From: Alphaproteobacteria bacterium
Lineage (GTDB): Bacteria; Pseudomonadota; Alphaproteobacteria; MPNO01
Direction: 5' to 3'
DNA: 64,000 nucleotides
NCBI GenBank assembly: GCA_965248835.1
Contig: CBDFLJ010000002.1
Location: 448,001-512,000 of the forward strand
Shown here one piece after another: positions 1 through 9,245 of the stretch. The notes under the pieces were generated by a model. It was given only the letters and a program-made list of their open reading frames with translations. It was not told the origin of the DNA and made no database searches. Each line of letters begins with the position of its first letter. Position 1 is the stretch's first letter. The position numbers were made by a program, and so were the translations under genes.

Positions 1-549
1 GCCGAGCCCCTCGGCATGGGCCATCAACGCGAGCGTGAGGTTGATCCCGCCGGACTGGGCGATGATCCCGATCGGCCCCGGGCCGATCTCGACCGCCGCC
101 GGCAGGAAGGTGCAGGCAAGCCCGCGGGCAGGCCGCAGAAACCCCGACGTGTTGGGTCCGAGCAGCCGCACATTGCCGGCGCGGCACGCGGCCAGTACTT
201 TGGCCTGCAGGCCGGCCCCGTCGGCGCCGGTCTCGCCGAACCCGCCGCTGACCAGGAACGCGGCGCCCGCACCGATCGCGGCGGCTTCTTCGATCACCGC
301 GACGGAATGCCGGGCGGGCAGGACAAGCGCCACCAGATCGACCGGCCCCGGCACCTCCGAAAGGCGGGTAAGGACGCGGCGGCCCAGGATCTCTCCGCCG
401 CGCGGGTTGATCGGGTAGACCGTACCGTCAAAGGCCTCCAACGCCTTGAGGATCTGGAAGCCCGCCTTGTCTTCGGATGAGGAGGCGCCGACGACCGCGA
501 TCGAGGCGGGATCGAACAGCCGTGCGAGTGCACCGGACGGTGCGGCCAT
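1..549 (-). CDS. Acetate/acyl-CoA ligase (ADP-forming) family protein, N-terminal part (runs off window)
   Basis: Manual translation from ATG 549: MAAPSGALARLFDPASIAVVGASSSEDKAG...RLLGPNTSG...IGIIAQSGG, CoA-binding and ligase motifs; not in ORF track because it is open at the window edge. Confidence 0.85.
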   Translation of the reverse strand, partial: MAAPSGALARLFDPASIAVVGASSSEDKAGFQILKALEAFDGTVYPINPRGGEILGRRVLTRLSEVPGPVDLVALVLPARHSVAVIEEAAAIGAGAAFLVSGGFGETGADGAGLQAKVLAACRAGNVRLLGPNTSGFLRPARGLACTFLPAAVEIGPGPIGIIAQSGGINLTLALMAHAEGLG

Positions 550-553
550 TGCC

Positions 554-964
554 TCAGGTTTCCTTATCCGGCGGCTCGGTGCCGGTTTCCCGCTTGCCCA
601 GCGCTTCGCGCGCCCGCTCGCGGTGCTCGGCTCTGAGGTTGCCGCCGATCGCCTTGATCGCGGCGACCAGCACGGCGGCATCGTCGGTGAAGCCAAGACC
701 GGCGATGAAGTCCGGGATCACGTCCGCCGGGATGACGAAATAGGCCACCGCGCCCATCAGCACCGCCTTGACGTAGAGCGGCGTCTTTGCATCGACCGCG
801 CAGTAATAGGCCGCAAACGCATCCTCGACGAACGGCACCTTGCCGAGCGTGGCGCGGATCTTGTCCATCAGACCACGCTCGACGATCGCTTCGTCGTGGG
901 CGAGCTTATCGAGGTCGACGGGGAGGTTCTCGTTATCGGAATCGGTGCGGGTCACGCGTGTCAT
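554..964 (-). CDS. YkvA/DUF1232 family protein
   Basis: AVAYFVIPADVIPDFIAGLGFTDDAAVL motif; start may be 964 or 991. Confidence 0.85.
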   Translation of the reverse strand: MTRVTRTDSDNENLPVDLDKLAHDEAIVERGLMDKIRATLGKVPFVEDAFAAYYCAVDAKTPLYVKAVLMGAVAYFVIPADVIPDFIAGLGFTDDAAVLVAAIKAIGGNLRAEHRERAREALGKRETGTEPPDKET

Positions 965-1001
965 ATGGGACCGACCTGCGGGGACCGCCATAGGCCGGCC
1001 C

Positions 1002-3140
1002 TCAGTCCGTGTAGTCGCCCCAGAACGCCTTGTCGTAGGTTTCCTGACGAGGCTCCGGCCAGTTTCCGTAGAACTCCAGGATGTCCGGGCGCGGGCGGCG
1101 CTTGCGCCAGGTCTCGATGAAAATATCGAACGGCTGGGCGGCCTTGAGGCGCTTGCGGCGCTCGGCGGCGCGCCAGGACGCGGTTTTGGCGTGGTTCAGC
1201 GTGCCGGTCTCGGAATCGATGGCGACGCGGTAGATCGTCTTCGCAATCTCCATCGTGATGGTCTCCTCGCGCCAGTCCTCGAGCACCGCATCGGGGTCGC
1301 GTTCGAGCACGTCGCCATAGCCGCCGGCGGCACCGACGCTGTGGACGATCATGTCGCCTTCCTCGAAGACCTCTGCGTTCCTGGCCGAGGACGTCAAGAT
1401 GTAATCTCCGGCGATCTCCTGTTTGGTCAGGAGGTCGTACTGGCCGATCGCCGGCTGACTGCCCGCGCGGAGCTGGTCGTAGACGTCGGAGTTGCGGATC
1501 ACGATGCGCGGGTTGGGCGGGCCGGCGTAGCCGCCGAACAGGCCGTAGTTGAAGCTGAGCTTGTCGCAGCTTCCCCAGCTCGAGACCGCGCAGGGCTCAT
1601 CGCCGCACACCGAGGCGATCTCGACCAGCGGCGTTCCGCCGCGGTACTTGCCGAAGCCGTGGAAATTCTTGTCGAGCTTGCGTGAGAGGATGAAATGGGG
1701 CTGACGCTCGTCCATCTCCTCGACCTCGCCGGCATCGGCCCAAGGCGCCCAGTAGAAGCCCAGCGCCGGCTCGCCGTCCATGTCGTAGCGCCCGCCGCCG
1801 CCGGCCGAGTTGGCGGTCCCGCTGATATTGGCCGAGAAATAGCCGCGCCGGTTGATGCCGGCGAAGACGGGCTGGACGAAATTGCGCGAATGGGGCGCCT
1901 GCACCGCCTCGCGATAGGGGCTGGCGAACATCATCTTGGCGCCGACCATGTACATGTTCTGGGTCACGAACGAGCAGACATGGTTGGCCAGGCCGTGGGC
2001 CAGCTCGTCGCCGGAGTTCATGATCGAGGGGCCCTCGACGTAATAGGTAATCGGCTCCAGGAGCCCTGCATTGGGCGCGATCCCGCGGAAGAAGTACGAG
2101 AAAAGGTAGACCGCGGTCGCGGCCCGGCTGAGATGCCAGGTCGAGTGATAGGGCCCCTTGCCGTTTTCGGGCGAGACGCCCTGGAGCAGGACGGTCATCT
2201 CGTCGCCTTCCTTGAAGACCGTCACCGGGATCCGGGTGAGGCCGAAGAAGGTGCCGTTCTCGTCGTTGAACAGGATCGAGCGGTAGATGCCGTCATTGAT
2301 CTCCAGGAGCCGCGCCCGCGCATCGGCCTCACCTTTGATCAGCAGCTTGCGCATCCCGCCGACGACCGCCTCCACGCCTCGCTTCTCGACCTCGCGGACA
2401 AGCCGGTTGCGCATCTGGAACAGCGTCGCCAGGCGCGACTTGAGATCGACGGTGAAGATGAAGCCGTTGCGCACCGCGCCGGCCATGTAGTCGAGGATGT
2501 CCTGGCGGAGCTGGAAGTTGCGCCCGATGCGCACGCACGGCATGTGGAAGCCTTCCTCGTAGCGCGAGGTCGCGGTCGGCGCGAAGCCGCCGGGTGTGAT
2601 CGAGCCGGTCTCGCCCTGATGGCCGCCGACCTCGACCCAGGCGATCAGCTCTCCCTGCCAGAAGACCGGCATGGCCGCGAACATGTCGAAGTTGTGCACC
2701 CCGCCGGCCAGCTCCTCGTTGAAGAAGAACATGTCGCCGTCGGCCAGCCCGACCGAGGGGTCATCGCGGTAGTATTTCAGGATGTATTTGAGCTGGGCGT
2801 TGTTGAGCAGCGTGTGGAAATAGATCCCCGTGCCCACCACCACCGGATCGCCGGCGGCGGTGAACATGCCGCAGTTCATGTCGCCCAGCATCGCGCCCTC
2901 GGAGATCGACAGCGCGGTGTAGACATCGCGCGCCTCTTCGACGATCGAGGTGAGCTTGTGGGTGAGCAGGTCGAGTTCGACCTCGGTCAGCCTCTCCATC
3001 CCGCGGCGCTCGATTTCGGTGACCGGGGCCAGCCCCTGGCGGATCAGGTCCGGATCGCAGCCCGGCCGCTTGTCGTAGACATCGCGGTCGTAGATCAGCT
3101 CGTCGGAAAGCCGCGCATGGGTGTCGAATAGCCGGCCCAT
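1002..3140 (-). CDS. Hydantoinase B/oxoprolinase family protein (acetone/acetophenone carboxylase-like subunit)
   Basis: 712 aa; GGHQGETGS, EEGF, GFGKYRGG, GLFGGY, AGGYGDVLERDP motifs. Confidence 0.85.
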   Translation of the reverse strand: MGRLFDTHARLSDELIYDRDVYDKRPGCDPDLIRQGLAPVTEIERRGMERLTEVELDLLTHKLTSIVEEARDVYTALSISEGAMLGDMNCGMFTAAGDPVVVGTGIYFHTLLNNAQLKYILKYYRDDPSVGLADGDMFFFNEELAGGVHNFDMFAAMPVFWQGELIAWVEVGGHQGETGSITPGGFAPTATSRYEEGFHMPCVRIGRNFQLRQDILDYMAGAVRNGFIFTVDLKSRLATLFQMRNRLVREVEKRGVEAVVGGMRKLLIKGEADARARLLEINDGIYRSILFNDENGTFFGLTRIPVTVFKEGDEMTVLLQGVSPENGKGPYHSTWHLSRAATAVYLFSYFFRGIAPNAGLLEPITYYVEGPSIMNSGDELAHGLANHVCSFVTQNMYMVGAKMMFASPYREAVQAPHSRNFVQPVFAGINRRGYFSANISGTANSAGGGGRYDMDGEPALGFYWAPWADAGEVEEMDERQPHFILSRKLDKNFHGFGKYRGGTPLVEIASVCGDEPCAVSSWGSCDKLSFNYGLFGGYAGPPNPRIVIRNSDVYDQLRAGSQPAIGQYDLLTKQEIAGDYILTSSARNAEVFEEGDMIVHSVGAAGGYGDVLERDPDAVLEDWREETITMEIAKTIYRVAIDSETGTLNHAKTASWRAAERRKRLKAAQPFDIFIETWRKRRPRPDILEFYGNWPEPRQETYDKAFWGDYTD

Positions 3141-3197
3141 CGTCCCCTCCGCCGGTTGATGCCGCGAAGCCTATAACGGATGGGCCGAATACACGAA

Positions 3198-3225
3198 ACG
3201 CCCCGGCGCGGATGCGCCGGGGCGT
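3198..3225 (-). terminator. Probable intrinsic terminator after the TctC-like gene
   Basis: Perfect 12-bp stem ACGCCCCGGCGC-GGAT-GCGCCGGGGCGT followed on minus strand by TTCGTGTATT. Confidence 0.6.
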
Positions 3226-3248
3226 ACTCTCGGTCTCCGGCGGCCGCG

Positions 3249-4274
3249 CTATTTGGCCGTGCCGAACAATATTTCACGCGCCTTGGCGACGATCGCGGGC
3301 GGAGCCTTGAGGTTCGCGGCGACGATGCGTTGGATTTCCTCGCCGGTCGAGGACGTGACCTCGATCTTGCTTTTCTTCATCTCGGCGATGAAGGCGGGTT
3401 TCTTGACGACCTGCGCGAATGCCGCGCGCAGGAACGCGACCCGGTCGGCCGGCACGCCGGGCGGGAAGGCGAGGCTGCGCCCGATCGAGACCAGGGTTGA
3501 CATGAACCCGACCATCGGCCGGTCGGCGGGATCGACCAGGTTGCGCAGCAGCGGAACCTTCGGATGTTCGGGCTCCGGGCTCGGCCCCATCTGGATCAGC
3601 GGGATGGCGTAGCCGCTGTCGAACCAGGCCTTGCGGTTGGTCTTGAAGGCGAGCCAGGTCAGGTTGATGCCGGCGACTTCGCCTTGTTCCATCGCCAGCA
3701 GCATCTTGCGCGAGCCGCGATAGCCCTTGACGATCTTGATCCTGGTCTTCAGCAAGCCGTTCATCAGCGCCGGGATCTGGTAGGTTTGCGAGCCCAGGCC
3801 CGATGAGGCGAACGGCGCCTCCTTGGTCTTGAGGTCCTCCCAGGACGCGATTCCGGAATCCTTGCGGATCACCATCAGCGAGTTGCTGCGCACCGCACCG
3901 CCCAGGAAGGTGAACTTGTCGGACTTGTACTTCGCCTTGCCGGGCCGCAGGAGCTCGGTGATCACCAGCGTGTCGGGCGGCATGAGGATGACCGAACCGT
4001 CCTTCGGCGCGACGTTGTAGGCATAGTTGGTCATCTTCAGGCCGCCGGCGCCGGGCATCGACTGGGCGATGACCGAGGCCGCGCCGATAACGTCCCTGAG
4101 GTGGTTTCCCAGCGCCGTCGAGCTCTTGCCGTAGGTGCCGCCGACGCCGTAGCCCTGGATGATCTTGACCGTCCGGTCTTTGTAGAACTCCGCCGGCGAC
4201 ATCGCCGCGGCGGCGCCGGCGGCCATTGCGCCGATCGCGGTCAGTGCGGCGGCTCTCAAAATCGTTCTGCTCAT
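3249..4274 (-). CDS. Tripartite tricarboxylate transporter substrate-binding protein (TctC/Bug family)
   Basis: Signal peptide; GYGVGGTY, MPGAGG, APKDG, GYRGS..LAMEQGE, PPGVPADRV motifs. Confidence 0.85.
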   Translation of the reverse strand: MSRTILRAAALTAIGAMAAGAAAAMSPAEFYKDRTVKIIQGYGVGGTYGKSSTALGNHLRDVIGAASVIAQSMPGAGGLKMTNYAYNVAPKDGSVILMPPDTLVITELLRPGKAKYKSDKFTFLGGAVRSNSLMVIRKDSGIASWEDLKTKEAPFASSGLGSQTYQIPALMNGLLKTRIKIVKGYRGSRKMLLAMEQGEVAGINLTWLAFKTNRKAWFDSGYAIPLIQMGPSPEPEHPKVPLLRNLVDPADRPMVGFMSTLVSIGRSLAFPPGVPADRVAFLRAAFAQVVKKPAFIAEMKKSKIEVTSSTGEEIQRIVAANLKAPPAIVAKAREILFGTAK

Positions 4275-4353
4275 CGGTCCTATCGACCTCCCTGGCTCAT
4301 GAACGCGGTTGGTTGTTTCCCGTCCGCTATCAGAACAGATTTCAGGCTCTGCC

Positions 4354-4803
4354 TCAATCGCGCCGTCCGGTGAGGAGTTGCCTCATTTTGATGTGGGCGA
4401 TGCCTGCCTCATCGAATGGCGGGCCATGGGCGACGAAGCCGAGGGCGGCATAGAAGTCCTCGGTCGCCGCTTGGGCGTGCAGCACCGCCGCGGCGGTGCC
4501 GGCCTCCTCCAGGTCGTCCAGAAGCCGGCGCATCAGGCGGGTTCCGATCCCGTTGCCGCGCAGCGGGGCGAGCACCGCGACACGCTCGATCTTCGCCTCG
4601 CCCGGCCCGATCGTCCTGACCCGCGCCGTGGCGACCGGCACGCCGTCGCGCCGGACCAGATAGTGCCGGCACGCGTTGTCGCGCCCGTCGATCTCAAGCC
4701 TCTCGGGCACCCCCTGTTCGGCGCAGAAGACCGCGCGCCTGATCGCGAACGCCGCTTCCAGCGCGGCCTCGCTGTCGGTCTCGCGGATGTCGATTTCGCT
4801 CAC
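4354..4803 (-). CDS. GNAT N-acetyltransferase (ElaA/YjcF-like)
   Basis: IRRAVFCAEQGVP, RVAVLAPLRGNGIG, LHAQ, FYAALGF, FDEAGIAHIKM. Confidence 0.9.
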   Translation of the reverse strand: MSEIDIRETDSEAALEAAFAIRRAVFCAEQGVPERLEIDGRDNACRHYLVRRDGVPVATARVRTIGPGEAKIERVAVLAPLRGNGIGTRLMRRLLDDLEEAGTAAAVLHAQAATEDFYAALGFVAHGPPFDEAGIAHIKMRQLLTGRRD

Positions 4804-4895
4804 TTCACGGTCCGCCGGGCGTGGACCGGTCGATGCCGCCCCGTTATGGTCTGGCGCCGAGCCATAAGTGGATTAAAGCAGAGGGTTGCGAGGAA

Positions 4896-5453
4896 ATGAA
4901 GGTGTTCGCGTTCGCCGCGTCGGTCAGCAGGGAATCGGTCAACAAGCAGCTCCTGGAGGTTGCGCTCGGAATCGTCCAAGCCGCCGGCCACGCGGTCGAC
5001 CATGCCGATTTCCGCGAGTTCGACATGCCGCTGGTGGACGGCGACAAGGCAATGAGCGGCGATATTCCCGATGGCGCCAAAGCGCTTGCCGCGCGCATCC
5101 AGGCAGCCGATGCGTGGCTCCTCGCCAGCCCGGAATACAACTGGACCGTGCCCGGCACGATCAAGAACGCCGTCGATTGGCTGTCGCGGATGCAGCCCGT
5201 GCCGATCGACGGCAAATCGGTGCTGCTGCTCTCCGCCTCGCCGTCGCTGGTCGGCGGCTATCGCGGGCTGATGAACCTGCGGACCCCGCTGGAAGGTCTC
5301 GGCTGCTGGTGCTATCCCAAGAACTTCTCGCTGGCCCAGGCGCGCCAGGCCTATGACGATGACGGCAAGCTCAAGGACCCGGCGCTTGCGGCCATGCTCG
5401 AAGCGATGGTGACGGACTATCTGTCAGCCGCCGCGGCCCTCAATGCCCGCTGA
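4896..5453 (+). CDS. NADPH-dependent FMN reductase
   Basis: ASVSRESVN, SPEYNWTVPGTIKNAVDWLSR motif; RBS GAGGA before ATG 4896. Confidence 0.9.
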   Translation: MKVFAFAASVSRESVNKQLLEVALGIVQAAGHAVDHADFREFDMPLVDGDKAMSGDIPDGAKALAARIQAADAWLLASPEYNWTVPGTIKNAVDWLSRMQPVPIDGKSVLLLSASPSLVGGYRGLMNLRTPLEGLGCWCYPKNFSLAQARQAYDDDGKLKDPALAAMLEAMVTDYLSAAAALNAR

Positions 5454-7875
5454 CCGGCGGGCCTATGTCGGGGCTGCCTTTCCGCGCAAGGAAGACGGCG
5501 CGCTGCTGACCGGACGGGCGCGGTTCATCGACGACATGGAGCCGGTGCCCGGGCTGCGCCACGCGGCGCTCCTGCGCTCGCCCCATCCCCACGCGCGGAT
5601 CCGCGCCATCGACGTCGCGCGCGCCGCCGCCCACCCAGGCGTGCACGGCGTTCTCACCGGCGCGGACATCGCGGCGATCACCAATCCGATCCCCTCCGCA
5701 GTGCGCGTGCCGATCGCGTACTACCCGATGGCCGTCGAGAAGGTCCGCTACGCCGGCGAGCCGGTGGCGCTGGTCGCCGCGGATGACCGCTACGTCGCGG
5801 AAGACGCGCTGGAGCTGATCGAGGTGGACTACGAGCCGCTGGCTCCGGTGGTCGACCTGGGCGAGGCGATGGCCCAGGGCGCGACGCTCCTGCACGAGGC
5901 GGTCGGCTCCAACATCGTCCATCACCGAACGTTCCGGTACGGCGATCCCGAGGCCGCGTTTGCCGAGGCCGATCACGTCGTCCGGCTCGACTGGCGGTTC
6001 CCGCGCTACGCCTCCACGCCGATGGAGACCTGTGGCGCGATCGCCCAGTTCGAGCGCGCGCCGGACCGCTACACCGTCTGGTCGAATTTTCAGGGCCCCT
6101 TCATCCTTCATTCGCTGATGTGCGGCGCGCTGAAGGTCCCGGGCAACCGACTGCGGCTGATCACATCGCCCCACAGCGGCGGCAGCTTCGGGATCAAGCA
6201 GGGCATGTTCCCGCACATGGTGCTGCTGGCCGCCGCCAGCCGGCTGCTCGACGCCCCGCTCAAATGGATCGAGGACCGGCTGGAGCACCTGACCGGCTCG
6301 TCCAGCGCATCCAACCGGCAGGACGCGATCGAGGCGGCGTTCCGCACCGACGGCGAGCTGATCGGGCTCAAGTTCTTCAACGTCGTCGATGTCGGCGCCT
6401 ACATCCGCGCCCCGGAGCCTGCCTCGGTCTACCGCATGCACAGCGCATCGAACGCCTGCTACCGGGTCGGGAACATATTCGTCGACAACCGGCTGGTGGT
6501 CACCAACCGGATGCCGATCGGCCTCAATCGCGGCTATGGCGGACCGCAGTTCTTTTTCGCCCTGGAGCGGGCGATGGATACCGGCGCCCGCCAGCTCGGC
6601 ATCGACCCGACCGAGATCCGCCGGCGCAACTTCATCGCCAAGGATGCCTTCCCCTACCGCACGCCCGCCGGCGCGCTCTATGACGCCGGCGACTACGAGG
6701 CCGGACTCGACGAGGCGATCCGGCTCGCCGGCTACGAAGAGCTCCTCGCCGAGCGCGCCCGCGCGCGTGAACAGGGCAGGCTGTTCGGTATCGGCGTGGC
6801 CGCCGGGGTCGAGCCCTCGGGCTCCAATATGGCCTATGTGACGCTCGCCCAGACCCCGGAAGAGCGCGCCAAGGCCGGCGGGCGCTCGGGCGGGCTGGGG
6901 ACCTGCACGGTGGCGATCGACCCTTCGGGCTCGGTGACCGTAAAGACCGTCTCAACACCGGCGGGCCAGGGCCACGGCACCGTCGCCGCCCAGATCGTCG
7001 CCGATGCGCTGGGCCTGCACCCCGAGGAGGTCGACGTGGTCACCGAGGTCGACACCCTGACCAGCGCCTGGTCGCTCGCCTCGGGCAACTACGCCAACCG
7101 GTTCTCCTCCGTGGTCGTCAGCGCGATCGCTGAAGGCGCCAGGCGGGTCGCGGACAAGGTCCGTTTGCTTGCCGCCGATGCGCTGGAAGTCGCGCCGGAG
7201 GATATCGAGTTGGTCGAAGGGACCGCCCGCATCGTCGGCGTGCCCGACAAGGCGCTGCCGTTCAAGCGTGTCGCGGCGCGGACCCACTGGCACCCCGCGG
7301 GCCTGCCGAAGGGGATGGAGCCCGGCATCTTCGAGACCGTCATCATGTCGCCGCCCGAACTCGGCCCGCCGGACGAGCAGGACCGCGTCGCCTCGGCGGT
7401 GACCTTCGGCTATGTCTGCGACATCGCCGCCGTCGAGATCGATCCCGCCACCGGCGAGATCGAGGTCAAGACCTATGTCTCGGTCCACGATGTCGGCACG
7501 GTGCTGAACAAGCTGATCGTCGAGGGCCAGATTTACGGCGGGTTCGCCCACGGGCTCGGCGGCGCGCTCCTCGAGGAGCTGGTCTACGACGCCGACGGCA
7601 ACCCGCAATCTGGCAGCTTCGCCGATTACCTGTGCATCACCGCACCGGAGATGCCGGAGGTGACGATCGGCCATCTCAGCACACCCTCGCCGCACAACGC
7701 GCTTGGCTCGAAGGGCATGGGGGACGGTTCCTCCATGCTGGCGCCGGCGGCGATCGCCAATGCCGCGGCCGATGCGCTGGGGCGCGAGGATATCGAGCTG
7801 CCGTTGACGCTCAACAAGGTCTGGGACCTGGCCGCAGGCCGCACCCACACCCGGATCGGCGGAGACCTTCGGTGA
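5443..7875 (+). CDS. Xanthine dehydrogenase family molybdopterin-binding large subunit (HmfA-like 2-furoyl-CoA dehydrogenase)
   Basis: RKEDGALLTG, RSPHPHARI, GGSFG, NRGYGGPQ, GQGH, GQIYGG, KGMGDG motifs; first gene of L-M-S-ligase-crotonase run. Confidence 0.9.
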   Translation: MPADRRAYVGAAFPRKEDGALLTGRARFIDDMEPVPGLRHAALLRSPHPHARIRAIDVARAAAHPGVHGVLTGADIAAITNPIPSAVRVPIAYYPMAVEKVRYAGEPVALVAADDRYVAEDALELIEVDYEPLAPVVDLGEAMAQGATLLHEAVGSNIVHHRTFRYGDPEAAFAEADHVVRLDWRFPRYASTPMETCGAIAQFERAPDRYTVWSNFQGPFILHSLMCGALKVPGNRLRLITSPHSGGSFGIKQGMFPHMVLLAAASRLLDAPLKWIEDRLEHLTGSSSASNRQDAIEAAFRTDGELIGLKFFNVVDVGAYIRAPEPASVYRMHSASNACYRVGNIFVDNRLVVTNRMPIGLNRGYGGPQFFFALERAMDTGARQLGIDPTEIRRRNFIAKDAFPYRTPAGALYDAGDYEAGLDEAIRLAGYEELLAERARAREQGRLFGIGVAAGVEPSGSNMAYVTLAQTPEERAKAGGRSGGLGTCTVAIDPSGSVTVKTVSTPAGQGHGTVAAQIVADALGLHPEEVDVVTEVDTLTSAWSLASGNYANRFSSVVVSAIAEGARRVADKVRLLAADALEVAPEDIELVEGTARIVGVPDKALPFKRVAARTHWHPAGLPKGMEPGIFETVIMSPPELGPPDEQDRVASAVTFGYVCDIAAVEIDPATGEIEVKTYVSVHDVGTVLNKLIVEGQIYGGFAHGLGGALLEELVYDADGNPQSGSFADYLCITAPEMPEVTIGHLSTPSPHNALGSKGMGDGSSMLAPAAIANAAADALGREDIELPLTLNKVWDLAAGRTHTRIGGDLR

Positions 7876-8741
7876 AGCCGGCGCCCTTTGAATACTGCCG
7901 CGCGGATGCGCTGGACGAAGCACTTGACCTGCTCACCGAGTTCGGCCCCGACGGCGCGGTCCTGGCCGGCGGCATGTCGCTTTGCGCGATGCTCAACTTC
8001 CGGCTGGTCCGGCCGGCTGCGGTGATCGACATCAACCCGGTCGCAGAACTGGCCGGGATCGCGCTTACGGACGGCTGGCTCGAGACCGGCGCGACCTGCC
8101 GCCAGGTCGATGCGCTGCAGTCCGAAGCCATCGCCGCCTGTGTCCCGCTTCTGGCACATGCGCTGCCCAGCGTCGGGCACTTCCAGACCCGCAACCGCGG
8201 TACGCTCGGCGGTTCGGTGGCCCATGCCGATCCCAGCGCCGAGATCCCGCTGTGTCTGCTGACGCTGGGAGGCGAGATCGCGCTCGCCTCCCAGGCTCGC
8301 ACGCGCGTGGTGCCTGCCCAGGAATTCTTCGCCGGAATCCTGACGACGACGCGGGAGCCCGACGAGCTGCTGACCGGGCTGCGGTGGCCGGTCGCCCCGG
8401 CGGGCGCGGGCTTCGCATTCGAGGAGATCGCTCAGCGCCACGGCGATTTCGCCATTGCCGCCGCGGCCGCTTCCGCCACGCTGGGCGCGGACGGATCCGT
8501 CCGCACGCTGTCGCTCGGGCTCGGTGGCGTGGAGGACCGGCCGATCATTGCCGAGGTTGCGCCGTTCATCGGCGCGCCGGCGACCGCGGAGACCGCCGGC
8601 GCGATCGCCGCGGCGGCGGCGCAGGAAGTCGAGCCGATCGAGGACATGCAGGCAAATGCCGCCTACCGGCGCCAACTCGTCCATGTGCTCGGCGCGCGGG
8701 TGATCGCGCGCGCCTTCGAAGACGCGCGGGCGGAGGCGTAG
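7872..8741 (+). CDS. Mo-hydroxylase FAD-binding subunit (CoxM/HmfB-like)
   Basis: GTG start overlapping stop; KPAPFEY, LAGGMSL, RNRGTLGGSVAHADP, RHGDFA. Confidence 0.9.
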   Translation: MKPAPFEYCRADALDEALDLLTEFGPDGAVLAGGMSLCAMLNFRLVRPAAVIDINPVAELAGIALTDGWLETGATCRQVDALQSEAIAACVPLLAHALPSVGHFQTRNRGTLGGSVAHADPSAEIPLCLLTLGGEIALASQARTRVVPAQEFFAGILTTTREPDELLTGLRWPVAPAGAGFAFEEIAQRHGDFAIAAAAASATLGADGSVRTLSLGLGGVEDRPIIAEVAPFIGAPATAETAGAIAAAAAQEVEPIEDMQANAAYRRQLVHVLGARVIARAFEDARAEA

Positions 8742-8744
8742 ACG

Positions 8745-9245
8745 ATGTTGCGCATCAAGCCCGACAGCCGGCACCGCGTAAGCGTTTGCGTCAACGGCCG
8801 GACCCGTGCGGGCTACGCCGCGCCGCGCACGCTGCTGAGCGACTTCCTGCGCCACGAGCTCAAGCTGTTCGGCACCCATGTCGGCTGCGAGCACGGTGTT
8901 TGCGGCGCCTGTACGGTGATGATCGACGGCCGCGCGAGCCGGTCCTGCCTGCGGCTCGCCGTCCAGGTCGATGGGGCGGAGATTCGCACCGTCGAAGGTC
9001 TGGCCGACGGCGAGGCGTTGAGCCCGCTGCAGCAGGCCTTCCACCGCCGCCACGCGCTGCAATGCGGCTTCTGCACGGCCGGCATCCTGATCTCGGCCAC
9101 CCAGTTCCTTGAGACCAACCCGCACCCGAGCGAAGCCGAGGTGCGGGACATGCTCTCCGGACACATCTGCCGTTGCACCGGCTACCACGCAATGGTGCAC
9201 GCCATTCTCGACGTCGCGGGAGGAGGGGAGGCGGAACCCGAATGA
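8745..9245 (+). CDS. Mo-hydroxylase [2Fe-2S] subunit (CoxS/HmfC-like)
   Basis: GCEHGVCGACTV, LQCGFCT, CRCTGY. Confidence 0.95.
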   Translation: MLRIKPDSRHRVSVCVNGRTRAGYAAPRTLLSDFLRHELKLFGTHVGCEHGVCGACTVMIDGRASRSCLRLAVQVDGAEIRTVEGLADGEALSPLQQAFHRRHALQCGFCTAGILISATQFLETNPHPSEAEVRDMLSGHICRCTGYHAMVHAILDVAGGGEAEPE

